DNA of 64,000 nucleotides from Hellea sp. (GTDB lineage: Bacteria > Pseudomonadota > Alphaproteobacteria > Caulobacterales > Maricaulaceae). The stretch is taken from assembly GCA_020628495.1 (NCBI GenBank), contig JAHDFA010000001.1, positions 7,405 to 71,404 on the forward strand, given 5' to 3'. Below, one piece after another: positions 29,400-42,499 of this stretch; within the stretch, counting starts at the first letter, position 1, and each line of letters begins with the position of its first letter. The position numbers were made by a program, and so were the translations under genes. The notes below the pieces were generated by a model. The model searched no databases. It had not been told where the DNA came from and worked only from the letters and a program-made list of their open reading frames with translations.

Positions 29400-31045
29400 A
29401 CGGGCCGCCGGAAGTTCCGAGATTAATTTCCCGTGCAATTTCCTCTTCTTGGACTTCAGCGTTCAAGTCCGAACGTAGAAATTCTGCACCTTCATAGCCC
29501 GCTCGCAGATTCAAATTGAGTTTTCGCCCAAACGGAGTCTGACATTACCGCTAACACGAATATCGACTAAGCCTTTGCGAGCGGTGCCGTCAAAGACGTC
29601 GATGGCGGCATCTTAATTCCATTGCCAGGTTTTACCGCGATTACCCCGACACAGGCGTCCCGAAATGACTTCCAAAACGGCCTGCTGATCTTTTGACAGA
29701 CTGTCTTTTGTTACGGCCAGCCCAGCTTTCCAGCCGTCAAGGTCCGCATAGCGAACTCCCGCGGCGAAGCCACTATAAACATTACGAGTTTGCTCTTCAT
29801 TGATGGCTTTAACACCTGTCAATGGCTGACCAATTGCAACTGCCAATCCACCGGATTTCAATGCATATTTACCTGATACGCCCAATATCCGGCGGGCATT
29901 GTCCGAGTCTATTTCTCGGTAATTCGCTGAATAGTCACCGATTGAGCCCGATAACCCACTGGTGTGCGCATTATCAGCAGAGAGCCAATTAGGAAGCAAC
30001 TCTTCCTCGTTGGACAGTAAATCAGAGAGTTCATATCGTACACGTGTATTGATACGACCAACATGCGAATCAAATTGAGCGCGAACACCTGTATCCGGTG
30101 ACACGCTAAATCGAAGTTGTTCAGGTGTGAACGGTGCCCCTTTGGCGGCATCATTAACCGAAGTGAGCGGCGAAATAGACCCCGATAATCTGTCATCCAA
30201 CATAATATCAATACGCGCACTGCCGCCTTCCACGTCGACATGCGTACATATTAAGGCTTCCAAAGCGGACACAGGAATCAACAAATTCGCTTAATCGATA
30301 TATGTGATCTCCTTTGACAACCCCACGGGCTTCCCATTGGCACTGACCAACCCTGTGGAGAGGTTCAATGTCATTGTAACACTATCGTGAACCCTCCGAA
30401 TTTCAGCAATTGTTCCGTTTTCAAGCAGCGTGATGGTGTTGCCTAAGGTCTCTACAATTGGCGTGAGAGGAAAAAGCAAGACCGGTCCGATTGATTTTGG
30501 TTCGGGCTGAATAACGCCCAGCGGAATGTTATCAACAAAGATATCAAATCCGGTTGTAACTCTCAGGCGCGGATCAAGCTTTAAGTTAAATTCATTCGTA
30601 TCTGCGTCGAATTTACCGGCAGTTCCAGCCAGAACGGCAATCGCATTTGTCGTGAGGATAAAATGGTCAGGCTCAATTTCCTCGAAATGTTCTAACTTTC
30701 CAAGCGCACGGCCATCAGCTTTCACGATCCCTGTATCGGTATAGAGTTCCATGACGACATTATCTTGGCTGCGCCGGACGATAAGCGCCTTGGACACATC
30801 ATCATACTCGACGTCATTTCCCAAACGTTGAAAATCGGAATAGCATTTACGTAAAGATTGCCGTCTTCTGTTCGATTAACGTCAGGAATTTCTCAGGTGT
30901 TTCTCCTTACCGATGCCGAGGCCTGCGTATCATCAACGCTTGCCGTCTTTGCGGGGCTTGAGGTCGCAACAACCTATTCAGCAATAGCCACACTAGAAAA
31001 CCATATAATCACAAGAGCAATAAAGCTCTGTATAATAGTGTTTAT
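29400..31045 (-). pseudogene. Fragmented gene for a large secreted/outer-membrane protein
   Basis: One reading path: ATA at 31045 plus signal peptide, in-frame TAG 30974..30976, TGA 30893..30895, frameshift near 30825..30830, TAA 30291..30293, TAA 29613..29615, further shift near 29540. Track ORFs 30291..30824 and 29613..30284 are in the same frame. Confidence 0.8.
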
Positions 31046-31062
31046 ATGGAGTTTTCTCTGCC

Positions 31063-31494
31063 TTAACACTCCGGCAACTCCATTCGGGCGCGGCAGTCAG
31101 GCTGTATCGAACAAGCGTGATTACGCTGAACGGGTACAGGCGACCATCCACTCCGAACTGAGTTGTGGAAGGATACAGAAGGTAGGGTGGATGCCAGGTT
31201 AAAGCGGAACTGCTGTCGCAATCTAATTTGGCGCGATCCTAGGGTGACATCATCGACCATAGGCCAAGACATCAAGGTTTCGGACGTAGAAGATGAGTTT
31301 ATTGGAATTTCTTGTCGGCATTCTCCGACAATTCACCAAGCTCTATGCTTTCGCGTCTCTATTAGAAAGGCGATATCGCCTTTCATGATTTCAAGCATGA
31401 CTGTGCCATTCGCTCCATTTTTCGGGGTCGATGACGCTTCAACGCTCAGCCCAAGAGCCAAGACCAGCAGAGATATGAGCGTAATTACTCTCAT
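31063..31494 (-). pseudogene. Degraded small secreted-protein gene
   Basis: ATG 31494 gives MRVITLISLLVLALGLSVEA (signal peptide), then an early stop; the remainder is broken across frames. Confidence 0.5.
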
Positions 31495-31650
31495 CAATCA
31501 GTCTAATTTTACCATTCACACCAAATCGCGGTCCAATGCCGCTTATGGTCTAAAATTAACCGAAGATGGTTGAGATGCGGTTTTAACAGGATTCAGGCAA
31601 TTAAGTAGAAACGACGCGTCTATTGGCCAAAACCTTAATGAGATGAGGTT

Positions 31651-33222
31651 TCACTCCCATTCAATGGTCCCCGGAGGCTTTGATGTCACGTCATAGACAA
31701 CACGGTTGACGCCACGAACTTCATTTATGATTCTGGTCGCCGTTTCGCCCAAAAATTCATGCGAATAGGGGAAGTAATCAGCCGTCATACCGTCAGTCGA
31801 AGTGACTGCCCGTAGTGCCAGCACAAAATCATAGGTTCTGCTATCTCCCATTACGCCGACAGTTTGAACAGGTAATAATACTGCAAAAGCCTGCCATATC
31901 TCATTGTATAAATTATGCTTTCTAATTTGGTCGAGATAGACCGCATCAGCTTCACGCAAAATATCGAGGCGTGTCTTCGTAATTTCACCAGGACATCTTA
32001 TAGCCAATCCCGGTCCGGGGAATGGGTGACGTTCCACAAAATCGGCATGCAAGCCTAACTCACGACCCAAAGCTCTAACTTCATCCTTAAAAAGCTCCCG
32101 CAGTGGTTCTACGAGTTCCAGATCCATGCGCTCCGGCAGGCCACCAACATTATGATGGGATTTAATCGTCACGGATGGACCACCATCGAATGAGACGGAT
32201 TCAATGACATCTGGATAAAGCGTGCCCTGCGCCAGGAACTTGGCTCCGCCGACCTTTTTCGCTTCACGCTCAAAAATATCTATGAAAGTTCCACCGATAA
32301 TTTTCCGTTTCTTTTCAGGATCTTTCACACCTTTAAGTAAAGTCAAAAACTCATCGCCAGCATCAACATGAATGAGATTAATATCATAGTGATCGCGGAA
32401 GAGCGCGGTAACCTGATGGCTTTCACCTTTGCGCATCATACCCGTATCAACATAGACACAGGTCAGTTGATCACCAATGGCTTCATGAATAAGGACAGCC
32501 GCGACAGAGCTATCTACACCGCCTGATAACCCGCAAATGACCTTACCGTCATCGACTTGGTCACGAATGACTTGGATCATTTCATCTTTGAAAGACGCCA
32601 TTGTCCAATCGCCCTTGAACCCGGCAATGCTATGCGTGAAGTTTCGCAGTATTTTTGCACCATTTGGCGTATGAACGACTTCAGGATGGAACTGCACGCC
32701 GTAAAATTGCCGCGCTTCGTCTGCAATTGCGGCGTAAGGCGCATTTGATGAAACACCAATGATTTCAAAGCCGTCCGGCAATGCGCTTACGCGATCTCCA
32801 TGACTCATCCAGACCTCTTCGCGGTCATTTAATCCTTTAAACAACGGGCTGCTGCCCGATGTATCGAGGAAGGCCCGGCCAAATTCTTGCTCATCTGAGC
32901 TCTCAACTGCACCGCCAAGCTGGGCACACATGGTTTGCTGGCCATAACATATTCCAAGAATGGGTAGGCCCGAGGTCCAGACAGAATCATCTGCCCGGGG
33001 CGTCCCAATACCCGTGACAGAGCTAGGACCGCCCGACAATATAATGGCTTTAGGCTTAAAACTCTTGATGAAATCAGCATCCACTTTGTTAAACGGGTGC
33101 ACTTCCGAATAAACGCCGCTCTCGCGAACACGCCGCGCAATGAGCTTTGTTACTTGCGAGCCGAAGTCAATAATCAGAAGCTTTTCGTGTTCTTTTACAA
33201 GATCATTATGGGTCGTCGTCAC
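31651..33222 (-). CDS. guaA: GMP synthase (glutamine-hydrolysing)
   Basis: [40 protein letters not shown]; GTG start overlapping the upstream stop. Confidence 0.97.
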   Translation of the reverse strand: MTTTHNDLVKEHEKLLIIDFGSQVTKLIARRVRESGVYSEVHPFNKVDADFIKSFKPKAIILSGGPSSVTGIGTPRADDSVWTSGLPILGICYGQQTMCAQLGGAVESSDEQEFGRAFLDTSGSSPLFKGLNDREEVWMSHGDRVSALPDGFEIIGVSSNAPYAAIADEARQFYGVQFHPEVVHTPNGAKILRNFTHSIAGFKGDWTMASFKDEMIQVIRDQVDDGKVICGLSGGVDSSVAAVLIHEAIGDQLTCVYVDTGMMRKGESHQVTALFRDHYDINLIHVDAGDEFLTLLKGVKDPEKKRKIIGGTFIDIFEREAKKVGGAKFLAQGTLYPDVIESVSFDGGPSVTIKSHHNVGGLPERMDLELVEPLRELFKDEVRALGRELGLHADFVERHPFPGPGLAIRCPGEITKTRLDILREADAVYLDQIRKHNLYNEIWQAFAVLLPVQTVGVMGDSRTYDFVLALRAVTSTDGMTADYFPYSHEFLGETATRIINEVRGVNRVVYDVTSKPPGTIEWE

Positions 33223-34501
33223 GCAGATTTCTCCATAACGGCAAAAAAGAAGCCGTCCGTATGTGTTGAGGCCGGGGTGAGTGTGAGGGTGCAGCCATCC
33301 GAAGACCATGGTTTAGGAACATCTACACCAAAACGTTCTTCCCAAACTTCACCCGCAGACAGCAAAGCAAAATCGGAGGTTCGCTCCAAAAAGGCGTAAA
33401 CTTGCGCCTCATTCTCAGCAGCCAACATAGAACATGTGACATAGAACAGATAACCGCCTGGTTTTACAAAGTCTTTCGCCTCATCCAATACTTTGACCTG
33501 TTCAGCCATGCGTCGGCCAAGGGCATCCTCCGTCAAACGCCATTTTGCATCGGGTTTGCGTCGCCATGTTCCCACACCCGTGCAAGGCGCATCAACCAAT
33601 ACGCGGTCAACACGCCCTCTGAGGTGATTTAGACTTTTAGCCGGAGGCGGGACGACTTTGATGATAGACGCCCCTGCCCGCATCGCGCGCTCATAAGTCG
33701 GCGCCAGCCTACGCTTATCGATATCAAAAGCGTGTATAGCGCCCTCATTATTCATATCGGATGCCAAAGCTAACGATTTACCCCCACCACCCGCACAATA
33801 GTCTAGAACCGTTTCACCGGGCTTGGCGGCAACAAGAAGGCTGACAATTTGCGATCCCTCGTCTTGAATTTCCATTTTCCCGGTTAGGAAATCCGGATCA
33901 GAGTTTATATTAGGGTGACGCCCAAATCCTTCAACGGGAGAGAAGCGTAATCCGATGGGAGATATCTCAGTCGGTTTTGCTGATTTCTGATTCAGCTTAT
34001 CGCGGGTCGCTTTAATCCCATTTGCACGAAGATCCAGCGGCGCTCGTTCCGTCAGTGCCGCGCCTTCAAGAACAGCTTCCTCATCGAAATTTGTCTCGAA
34101 TGCGGGCCAAAGCCAATCCGGAACATCAGCCCGAATGGAGTCCGGGGCCGTTTCCAAATCAATTTGACCTCGCAATTTGGCAATTTGGTCATCTGTCAAA
34201 GGCGCGCCAAAATGCGCGTCGTTTTTCGTTTGCTCAATAATGTCGTCTACAGAAATGCCGCCTGAAAACACTGTCGCCCCTAGGGCAAGCGCCCGTGGAC
34301 TGTCATCATTCATGCGGAAACCAATTGAAGACTTACGTCGCAGTGCGTCCAAAACAATGTTACCAATTGCTGAGCGGTCTTTTGAACCTGCGAAGCGGTT
34401 AGACTTCCCCCAATCCCTCAAGGCCATTGTGACGGGAGTACGTCGCTCAATGACGTCCTCCAGAATCTCAGCCGCAGCTTGGATGCGTCCGCCAAGGCGC
34501 A

Positions 34502-34502
<1 letters not shown>
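33219..34502 (-). CDS. RsmB/NOP family RNA m5C methyltransferase
   Basis: [35 protein letters not shown]. Confidence 0.92.
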
Positions 34503-35989
<1,487 letters not shown>

Positions 35990-36058
35990 TTATCAGCCTT
36001 CATCACATGGTGCAAAGAGAATCCTGTGTTTTCGCTGCTTGTGCGCAGTAGAGCCCGC

Positions 36059-36829
36059 TTAAGGGTCGCGCCGTTGCAAATTTAGAGCAACAAGATAAAT
36101 TTCTGGACTGCCTTTACGTGAACTTTCCGGCTTCGCGTGTTGAACTTTTTGAAAATTGTTTTTCAGGCGCTTCAATAGCACTTTCTCTGCACCACCTTGG
36201 AAAACTTTTGTAACAAAATGCCCGCCGGGACGCAGTGTCTGCATGGCGAATTCGGCTGCCGCCTCAACCAATGCAACGGTTTTTAAATGATCGGTCTGCC
36301 GATGACCCGTTGTATTGGCCGCTAAATCAGACATGACAAGATCAGGCTCTGCCCCTAAAAGCGCTTTGATTTTGTCAGGCGCTCTTTCGTCCATAAAATC
36401 GAATTCAATCAAATCTGCACCCGCCACGGGATCTACCGGCAGCAAATCAATTCCAACAACACGATCGGCCCCGCGCTTCATAGCGATTTGAACCCAGCCG
36501 CCAGGGGCACAACCCAGATCTACAACAAGCGAGCCAGGCTTCACCAAGCCAAATTTATCGTCCAATTCTTCGAGCTTAAAGGCTGCTCGTGATCGATAGC
36601 CTTTTTCTTTGGCTTTCCTCACATAAGGATCGTTGATCTGGCGTTCTATCCATAATTTGGACGAAATTTTACGTCCGCTTGCCGTTTTAACCTTACGGTG
36701 TAGCATGCGGGTTGCGTCATCTTGCTCTGGTTTGGCGGTCACACGTGATCGTTTCACGCCTTCGGTTTTAGACCCTGTCATTTTTCTGCGTGCTGGACGG
36801 CTACGATGGCTCGGGGGTTTACGTGCCAT
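36059..36829 (-). CDS. rlmE: 23S rRNA Um2552 methyltransferase
   Basis: DPYV...GYRSRAAFKL, DLGCAPGGW, SDLA, KVFQG, KPESSR. Confidence 0.95.
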   Translation of the reverse strand: MARKPPSHRSRPARRKMTGSKTEGVKRSRVTAKPEQDDATRMLHRKVKTASGRKISSKLWIERQINDPYVRKAKEKGYRSRAAFKLEELDDKFGLVKPGSLVVDLGCAPGGWVQIAMKRGADRVVGIDLLPVDPVAGADLIEFDFMDERAPDKIKALLGAEPDLVMSDLAANTTGHRQTDHLKTVALVEAAAEFAMQTLRPGGHFVTKVFQGGAEKVLLKRLKNNFQKVQHAKPESSRKGSPEIYLVALNLQRRDP

Positions 36830-37973
36830 CAGAAACCTCTGCTTCGACTGCCTCAGGTAAGGTTTGAATTTTAGGCCTTTGTCCTTTTTGCATGAGACCA
36901 ATCAGAATCCCTTCTCGCAATCCACGATCGGCAACACGGATCATTTTTGAAGGCCACATTTCGCACAAAACATCGATTATTGCACAGCCGGCGACGAGCA
37001 AATTCGCGCGGTCTTTACCAATGCATGGCTCTTTCGCACGGTCTTCAAAAGTTCTTGATCCCATATCGCGAGCTACATTGACGGCGTCTGCAGATCGTAA
37101 CCATAACCCATCGACTTTTGCCCGCTGATAATATGGCAGCTTGAGGTGAATGCCTGCAAGTGACGTAATTGTCCCGGATGTTCCGATAAGATGACCACGA
37201 CCTTGTTGGAACAAGTTCGTGAATCTCGTTTCGCACCCTTGCTCCACAATTTTCTCACGAACGACATCACGCAATTGATTATACCACAAATTCTTATCGT
37301 CTATCTCAGGCACAAGCTCTGACAGGGTCACAACACCGATCGGTAGCGAGGCCCAAGCGCTAATGGGGGGACGATGAAGCCTATGATTGGCCTGGTCGTC
37401 ACGTAGTTTTCGTACATCGACCCATGACAATTCCGTCGACCCCCCTCCGATGTCGATGACCAATGCGACGTCTTTAGTTGGATCAACAAGATTTACGCAC
37501 CCCATGACAGCCAATCGGCTTTCCACCCTTGGGCTGATAACTTCCAGCGAAATACCGGTCTCGTCTTTCACACGTCGAAGAAAGGCTTCGCCATTACTGG
37601 CGCGGCGGCAGGCCTCCGTGGCCACACATCGCCAGCGCTTCACGCGCTTTGCTTTCATTTTTGAGGCACAAACTGCAAGCGCGTCAATAGCAGCATCCAT
37701 GCTTTCATCACTGAGCGCTCCGCTCGCGGCCAAGCCCTGACCGAGGCGAACGACGCGACTATAGCTATCAACTATACGAAAACTCTCTCCTGCATCTCTG
37801 GCAATCAAGAGGCGACAATTATTAGTACCTAGGTCAACAGCCGCAAAATTATTGGATTTCCGACTATTTTGCCGACCACCACCTCCGCTACCGCGTTTAT
37901 GTCTAGACCGTCTCCGCGGGCTCCGCCCGTTTGGCGCAGCCTGTTCGGAGCCGGCATTTTGCGCATCCGGCAT
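36819..37973 (-). CDS. ppx: Ppx/GppA family phosphatase
   Basis: AVDLGTNNCRL, ATEACR, DIGGGSTE, GTSGT, GLREG. Confidence 0.92.
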   Translation of the reverse strand: MPDAQNAGSEQAAPNGRSPRRRSRHKRGSGGGGRQNSRKSNNFAAVDLGTNNCRLLIARDAGESFRIVDSYSRVVRLGQGLAASGALSDESMDAAIDALAVCASKMKAKRVKRWRCVATEACRRASNGEAFLRRVKDETGISLEVISPRVESRLAVMGCVNLVDPTKDVALVIDIGGGSTELSWVDVRKLRDDQANHRLHRPPISAWASLPIGVVTLSELVPEIDDKNLWYNQLRDVVREKIVEQGCETRFTNLFQQGRGHLIGTSGTITSLAGIHLKLPYYQRAKVDGLWLRSADAVNVARDMGSRTFEDRAKEPCIGKDRANLLVAGCAIIDVLCEMWPSKMIRVADRGLREGILIGLMQKGQRPKIQTLPEAVEAEVSDGT

Positions 37974-38089
37974 ATTTTTTCTTTCATTTGGCCGCGGGTC
38001 GCAAAATATTCGCGCGCGCGCACGGCTTCGTCCCGTTTGTGGTAAGGCAAAAACAGGTGCGGCGTAAAGCGCTTTATTGTCTGAGGAGA

Positions 38090-39835
38090 CTAATGGATAT
38101 CAATGTGGTCGGAGAATTGCGACCAGTCAGGTTCCGGTTGCAAATCAATCATCGCTTCATGTTGTGAGAGATAAACATTACCGCTCAACTTCTCCAAAAA
38201 ATCAGATCGATAAAGTCGTTCCCGAACCATTGACTGCATAGAAGATAGATGAAGTCGTGTTTTCAAGCCTTTCAAACGCCTGTTTATCTCTCTTAAACTC
38301 GATAATGCGCTGGCATCTATGTGATTTACCCCCGAACACATGAGGATCAAATCTGTCATTTTAGGGTGCTCTGATACAATCCTTGCAACGCGGTCCTCAA
38401 GGAAGCGGGCATTCGCGTAATATAGCCCCTCATCAATGCGTAGTGTTTTCACGGTATCAACGGTCTCGACGTTAAATCGGTCTGCATCTCTATAATGCTC
38501 GGTACCCGGAAACCTTCCGACCAGAGGCATGTGAGGCGTTAAGCTCATCCGAATGTGAAGGGCCATAGCGAGAACAACGCCCGCCAAAACACCCCATTGC
38601 ACGCCAAGAACCAAGACGGACAAAAACGTTGCTATCGCCGTTATACCATCTGCACGGGAATACATCCACGTCCGCCAAAGACTACGAAAGTCCAGCAAAT
38701 TCAAACACGCCACGATAATTAATGCAGCCAATACGGACAGCGGTAGGCTGTATAAAACCGGCGTTAAGAATAGTGCAGTCAGCGCCATGAATACCGCAAC
38801 GAACAAACCAACAAAGCGGGTTTTCCCGCCAGCCGTAAAATTAACCGCTGAACGCGACATTGACCCGTTAATTGGATATCCGCCCGTAAAACCGGCAACG
38901 GCATTTGAAGCGCCAATTCCCAGCAGTTCTTTGTTCGTGTCCACACGCTGGCGCCGCCGGGACGCCAGTTCTTGTGCGGTGGATGTGCTGTCTACAAACG
39001 CTACGATGGCAATGACTAGCGCCGGAATAAGTAAGGTTTCATAAGCCGGCACGCCAATATTCGGGAGGGACAAAGGGGGCAATCCCGCCGGAACATGACC
39101 GACAATTGCCAAATCCCCTCGTCCCCCAAAATCAAAAATATTACTGAGCAAAACAAATACTGCGATAATCAAAATCGGTGCCATTCGCGCGATTAGTTTT
39201 GCATGTTTCGCGCGCAATCCGGAACGTACGAGCAAATAAGGTAACAGCCGTCGAACCAAAACAAATAAGACGATTGCAATCATACCTGTCATTAATGCCA
39301 ATGGCTTAGCCTCGGGTAATTTGGAAGTAAGGCTATAGACCATGTCAAAGGCAGTTTGGGATTCCACTGAAACGCCTAAAACATGCTTGGCTTGACTGAA
39401 AATAATCAGAAGTGCAGCGCCTGTAATGTAAGCCGATACAACAGGTCGGGAAACAAAATTCATAATGAAGCCCGCTTTTAGCAAGCCAGCGATCACCAAC
39501 ATTCCACCGACCAGAAGCGCGAGTGCACCTGCGCTGGCGATACGTGTTTCAGGCGGTAAAGTTGCTATACAAGCCGCCGTCATTAAAGAGATAACCGCCG
39601 TCGGGCCTACATTCAGATAATTTGAAGAACCGAGTAGCGCGTATGCGACAAGCGGAAAAATTGAAGCATAGATGCCTAATTGAGGCGGCAATCCAGCCAA
39701 AAGTGCATAAGCCAAACATTGCGGCACCAAAAGAATTGTGACAACAATCGCTGCCAGGAGATCGTCGGTGAATACTCTCGCTGAATACGCTTTCATCCAT
39801 CCGTATTGATCCCCAAAAGCACTTTTCAAAGTCAT
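38090..39835 (-). CDS. SulP family anion transporter with STAS domain
   Basis: VPQCLAYALLAGLPP, GPTA, GSMSRSAVN, LYYANA, HIDASA. Confidence 0.92.
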   Translation of the reverse strand: MTLKSAFGDQYGWMKAYSARVFTDDLLAAIVVTILLVPQCLAYALLAGLPPQLGIYASIFPLVAYALLGSSNYLNVGPTAVISLMTAACIATLPPETRIASAGALALLVGGMLVIAGLLKAGFIMNFVSRPVVSAYITGAALLIIFSQAKHVLGVSVESQTAFDMVYSLTSKLPEAKPLALMTGMIAIVLFVLVRRLLPYLLVRSGLRAKHAKLIARMAPILIIAVFVLLSNIFDFGGRGDLAIVGHVPAGLPPLSLPNIGVPAYETLLIPALVIAIVAFVDSTSTAQELASRRRQRVDTNKELLGIGASNAVAGFTGGYPINGSMSRSAVNFTAGGKTRFVGLFVAVFMALTALFLTPVLYSLPLSVLAALIIVACLNLLDFRSLWRTWMYSRADGITAIATFLSVLVLGVQWGVLAGVVLAMALHIRMSLTPHMPLVGRFPGTEHYRDADRFNVETVDTVKTLRIDEGLYYANARFLEDRVARIVSEHPKMTDLILMCSGVNHIDASALSSLREINRRLKGLKTRLHLSSMQSMVRERLYRSDFLEKLSGNVYLSQHEAMIDLQPEPDWSQFSDHIDIH

Positions 39836-39860
39836 TTGAAACACCTCTCGGACACTCGCC

Positions 39861-40286
39861 TCATCCAACTTGGTCCTCAGCATATTGTGTCAGAGGGTCG
39901 CGCAATTGCTCCAAATTAAAGCCTGCAACAGAAAGAGCATCCATAACAGCATCTACACCCATTATTTTAACATGAGCGAAACCCCAAAGGGCAGCGGAAC
40001 GCATCCCTGATGCGCAGAACGCCACGATGGGACGGGGCATGTTTTCATAAGCCGTGACGGAGGCCGCTATCAACCCCGGAGACAACCCTCCTGCCATCGG
40101 GATGTGAAAATAATCAACGCCCAACGCTTGCGCTGTTTGCTCCAGCTCATCCGATTTTGGTTGGATGGGGGCTTCCATATCCGGTCGATTATTGATGAAT
40201 CCCATAACGCCCTGCTCGGACAAGGCCTGAATTTGAGCCGCTAATAATTGGCCTGTTACGAAGACATCGCCCGGCAGTTCTTTCAT
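39861..40286 (-). CDS. TIGR01244/DUF442 family sulfur transferase-like protein
   Basis: INNRPDME and FCASGMRS motifs. Confidence 0.85.
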   Translation of the reverse strand: MKELPGDVFVTGQLLAAQIQALSEQGVMGFINNRPDMEAPIQPKSDELEQTAQALGVDYFHIPMAGGLSPGLIAASVTAYENMPRPIVAFCASGMRSAALWGFAHVKIMGVDAVMDALSVAGFNLEQLRDPLTQYAEDQVG

Positions 40287-40287
40287 C

Positions 40288-42279
40288 CTATTTGACCATA
40301 GATTTCGCTAAGTTTACAATCGCATCAGCGGTTATCTCAAAATGCGGAAACAAATCCGCCCCGGGAGCGGATGCCCCATAGCCATCCATACCGATGAAAC
40401 CGCCCTCTCGTCCTATTAAACCATCCCATCCCTGTCGAATTCCGGCTTCGATTGCGATTTTAGGCAAATCCTTACCTGATACCGAGCGAATATAATTTTC
40501 ATCCTGTTCCAAGAACAGATCCATACAAGGCACCGAAACCACGCGTGCGGAAATATTCTGTCCTTCCAAACGTACAGCCGCTTCGACGGCCAGGTGAACT
40601 TCGGAACCCGTTGCCATGAGGACGATATCGTCTGCCCCTTTGCCTGCCCGCAGGATGTAAGCGCCGCGCTCAGACATGTTTTTAGATGCATCATCACGGA
40701 GAGGCGGAACACCTTGCCGCGTGAGTGCCATAACTGAAGGCGCTGTTTTATTCTGAATGGCGATTTCATAACACTCCGCGACCTCCAATGCGTCGGCCGG
40801 GCGGAAGGTATAGCAATTCGGAATGGCTCTAAGGCTTGCCAAATGTTCAACAGGCTGATGGGTCGGGCCGTCTTCTCCAACACCTATAGAGTCATGTGTT
40901 GCCACGTAGATAGTTCGGATACCCATCAATGCAGCAAGTCGAACAGAGGGCCGGCAATAATCCATGAATACCATAAAAAGACCGGAATAAGGAATCACGC
41001 CGCCATGCAGCGCCATTCCATTCATAGCAGCTGCCATACCATGCTCTCGAATACCGTAATTTACGTATCGGCCGTCATAGGTGCCGGCTTGAATGTCTTT
41101 GGATGTGGCCGGTGTTTTCGTTTTATTAGAGCCTTCCAAGTCAGCAGATCCGGACATCAAATCGCTGAGGAGTTCAGTCAGCGGGGCAAGCGCCTTATTT
41201 GATGAAACCCGCGTAGCCATTGAAGGTTTCTCCGCAGCAATTGAATCTTTATAGGCTTGGAAACCTTCCAACCATCCGCCGTCAAGCTCACCTGCCATTG
41301 CTCGTGCGAAATCAACGCCATTTGGATCAGCTTTTACACGCTTCGACCACGCCGCATGAGCTTCCGAACCAATCGCACCGGGCTTAGACCAATCTGAATA
41401 GATATGATCTGGGATTTCAAATGGAGGGTAGTTCCACCCAATTGCTTCCCGGGTTCCTGCAATCTCTTCATCACCGAGCGGTGAGCCGTGAGCTTTGTTC
41501 AAACCGGCTTTGGTTGGGGCGCCCTTTCCAATTGTTGTTTTACATGCAATCAAAGTCGGCTTGTCAGAAGCTTTAGCTTCGCGCAATGCTTCGGCGACCG
41601 CCTCCCTGTCGTGACCATCGATTGCTATCGTGTTCCAATTTGATGCTTTGAATCGCGCAATTTGATCGGTTGAGCTGGACAATGAAACCGGACCGTCAAT
41701 CGTAATGTTATTGTCGTCCCACAAAACAATGAGGCGATTCAGTCCCAAATGCCCTGCCAAACCGATAGCTTCTTGACTAACGCCCTCCATAAGACATCCA
41801 TCACCCGCAATGACATATGTATGGTGATCAACCAGATCGTCACCAAATCTGGCATTCAAATGACGCTCGGCCAATGCGAATCCGACCGCGTTTGAAATGC
41901 CCTGTCCCAAAGGCCCCGTTGTTGTTTCCACACCGGGAACATGACCATATTCCGGATGTCCTGCCGTGATTGAACCAAGCTGGCGGAAGTTTTTAATCTG
42001 GTCCATGGTCACGGCTTGATATCCCGTCAGATGAAGCAGGCTGTAAATCAACATGGAGCCGTGGCCTGCAGATAAAATAAATCTATCGCGGTCTGCCCAA
42101 TCGGGCGCTTTCGGGTCAAATTTCAGAAATTGTGAGAACAAGACTGTGGCGGCATCCGCCATTCCCATTGGCATACCGGGATGTCCTGAATTTGCGCGCT
42201 GCACGGCGTCCATAGATAAAGCCGCAATCGCATTCGACATATCTCGATGTTGTTCAGCAGTGAAAGTCAGTTCAGTCAT
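40288..42279 (-). CDS. tkt: Transketolase
   Basis: SGHPGMPMG, DRFILSAGHGS, TTGPLGQG, GDGCLMEG, GEDGPTHQP. Confidence 0.97.
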   Translation of the reverse strand: MTELTFTAEQHRDMSNAIAALSMDAVQRANSGHPGMPMGMADAATVLFSQFLKFDPKAPDWADRDRFILSAGHGSMLIYSLLHLTGYQAVTMDQIKNFRQLGSITAGHPEYGHVPGVETTTGPLGQGISNAVGFALAERHLNARFGDDLVDHHTYVIAGDGCLMEGVSQEAIGLAGHLGLNRLIVLWDDNNITIDGPVSLSSSTDQIARFKASNWNTIAIDGHDREAVAEALREAKASDKPTLIACKTTIGKGAPTKAGLNKAHGSPLGDEEIAGTREAIGWNYPPFEIPDHIYSDWSKPGAIGSEAHAAWSKRVKADPNGVDFARAMAGELDGGWLEGFQAYKDSIAAEKPSMATRVSSNKALAPLTELLSDLMSGSADLEGSNKTKTPATSKDIQAGTYDGRYVNYGIREHGMAAAMNGMALHGGVIPYSGLFMVFMDYCRPSVRLAALMGIRTIYVATHDSIGVGEDGPTHQPVEHLASLRAIPNCYTFRPADALEVAECYEIAIQNKTAPSVMALTRQGVPPLRDDASKNMSERGAYILRAGKGADDIVLMATGSEVHLAVEAAVRLEGQNISARVVSVPCMDLFLEQDENYIRSVSGKDLPKIAIEAGIRQGWDGLIGREGGFIGMDGYGASAPGADLFPHFEITADAIVNLAKSMVK

Positions 42280-42499
42280 GTCAATTCCGGCGTTTTTGGG
42301 CGACGACTCGCAGATTAATTTTCGGACCCGCTATGACACATTGTTTAAGCCGTCACTAGGCGAACGAATCGGCTGTCCACATGTTGTGGGGATAAAACCT
42401 GCTTGAATTACCACGAACACTATCGTGAGCTGTTGAAAAGCGGTGGATTTTAGGACAGCTCTGCGCCAAACACAGGTCTCCACACGCGTGAGATTGACT

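Noticed and set aside
29400-31045. Programmed stop read-through or an alternative genetic code to explain the in-frame stops
   Set aside because: All three stop types plus frameshifts occur, and neighbouring genes use the standard code; decay is simpler.
31163-31573. Plus-strand 136-aa ORF (and 30858..31202)
   Set aside because: No recognisable features; antisense to the degraded minus-strand genes.
29356-31670. guaA-integrated genomic island
   Set aside because: No second copy of the guaA 3' end and no integrase remnant were seen.
42280-42499. SAM riboswitch or 6S RNA upstream of cysK-metC / tkt
   Set aside because: No recognisable consensus by eye; an Rfam scan would be needed.
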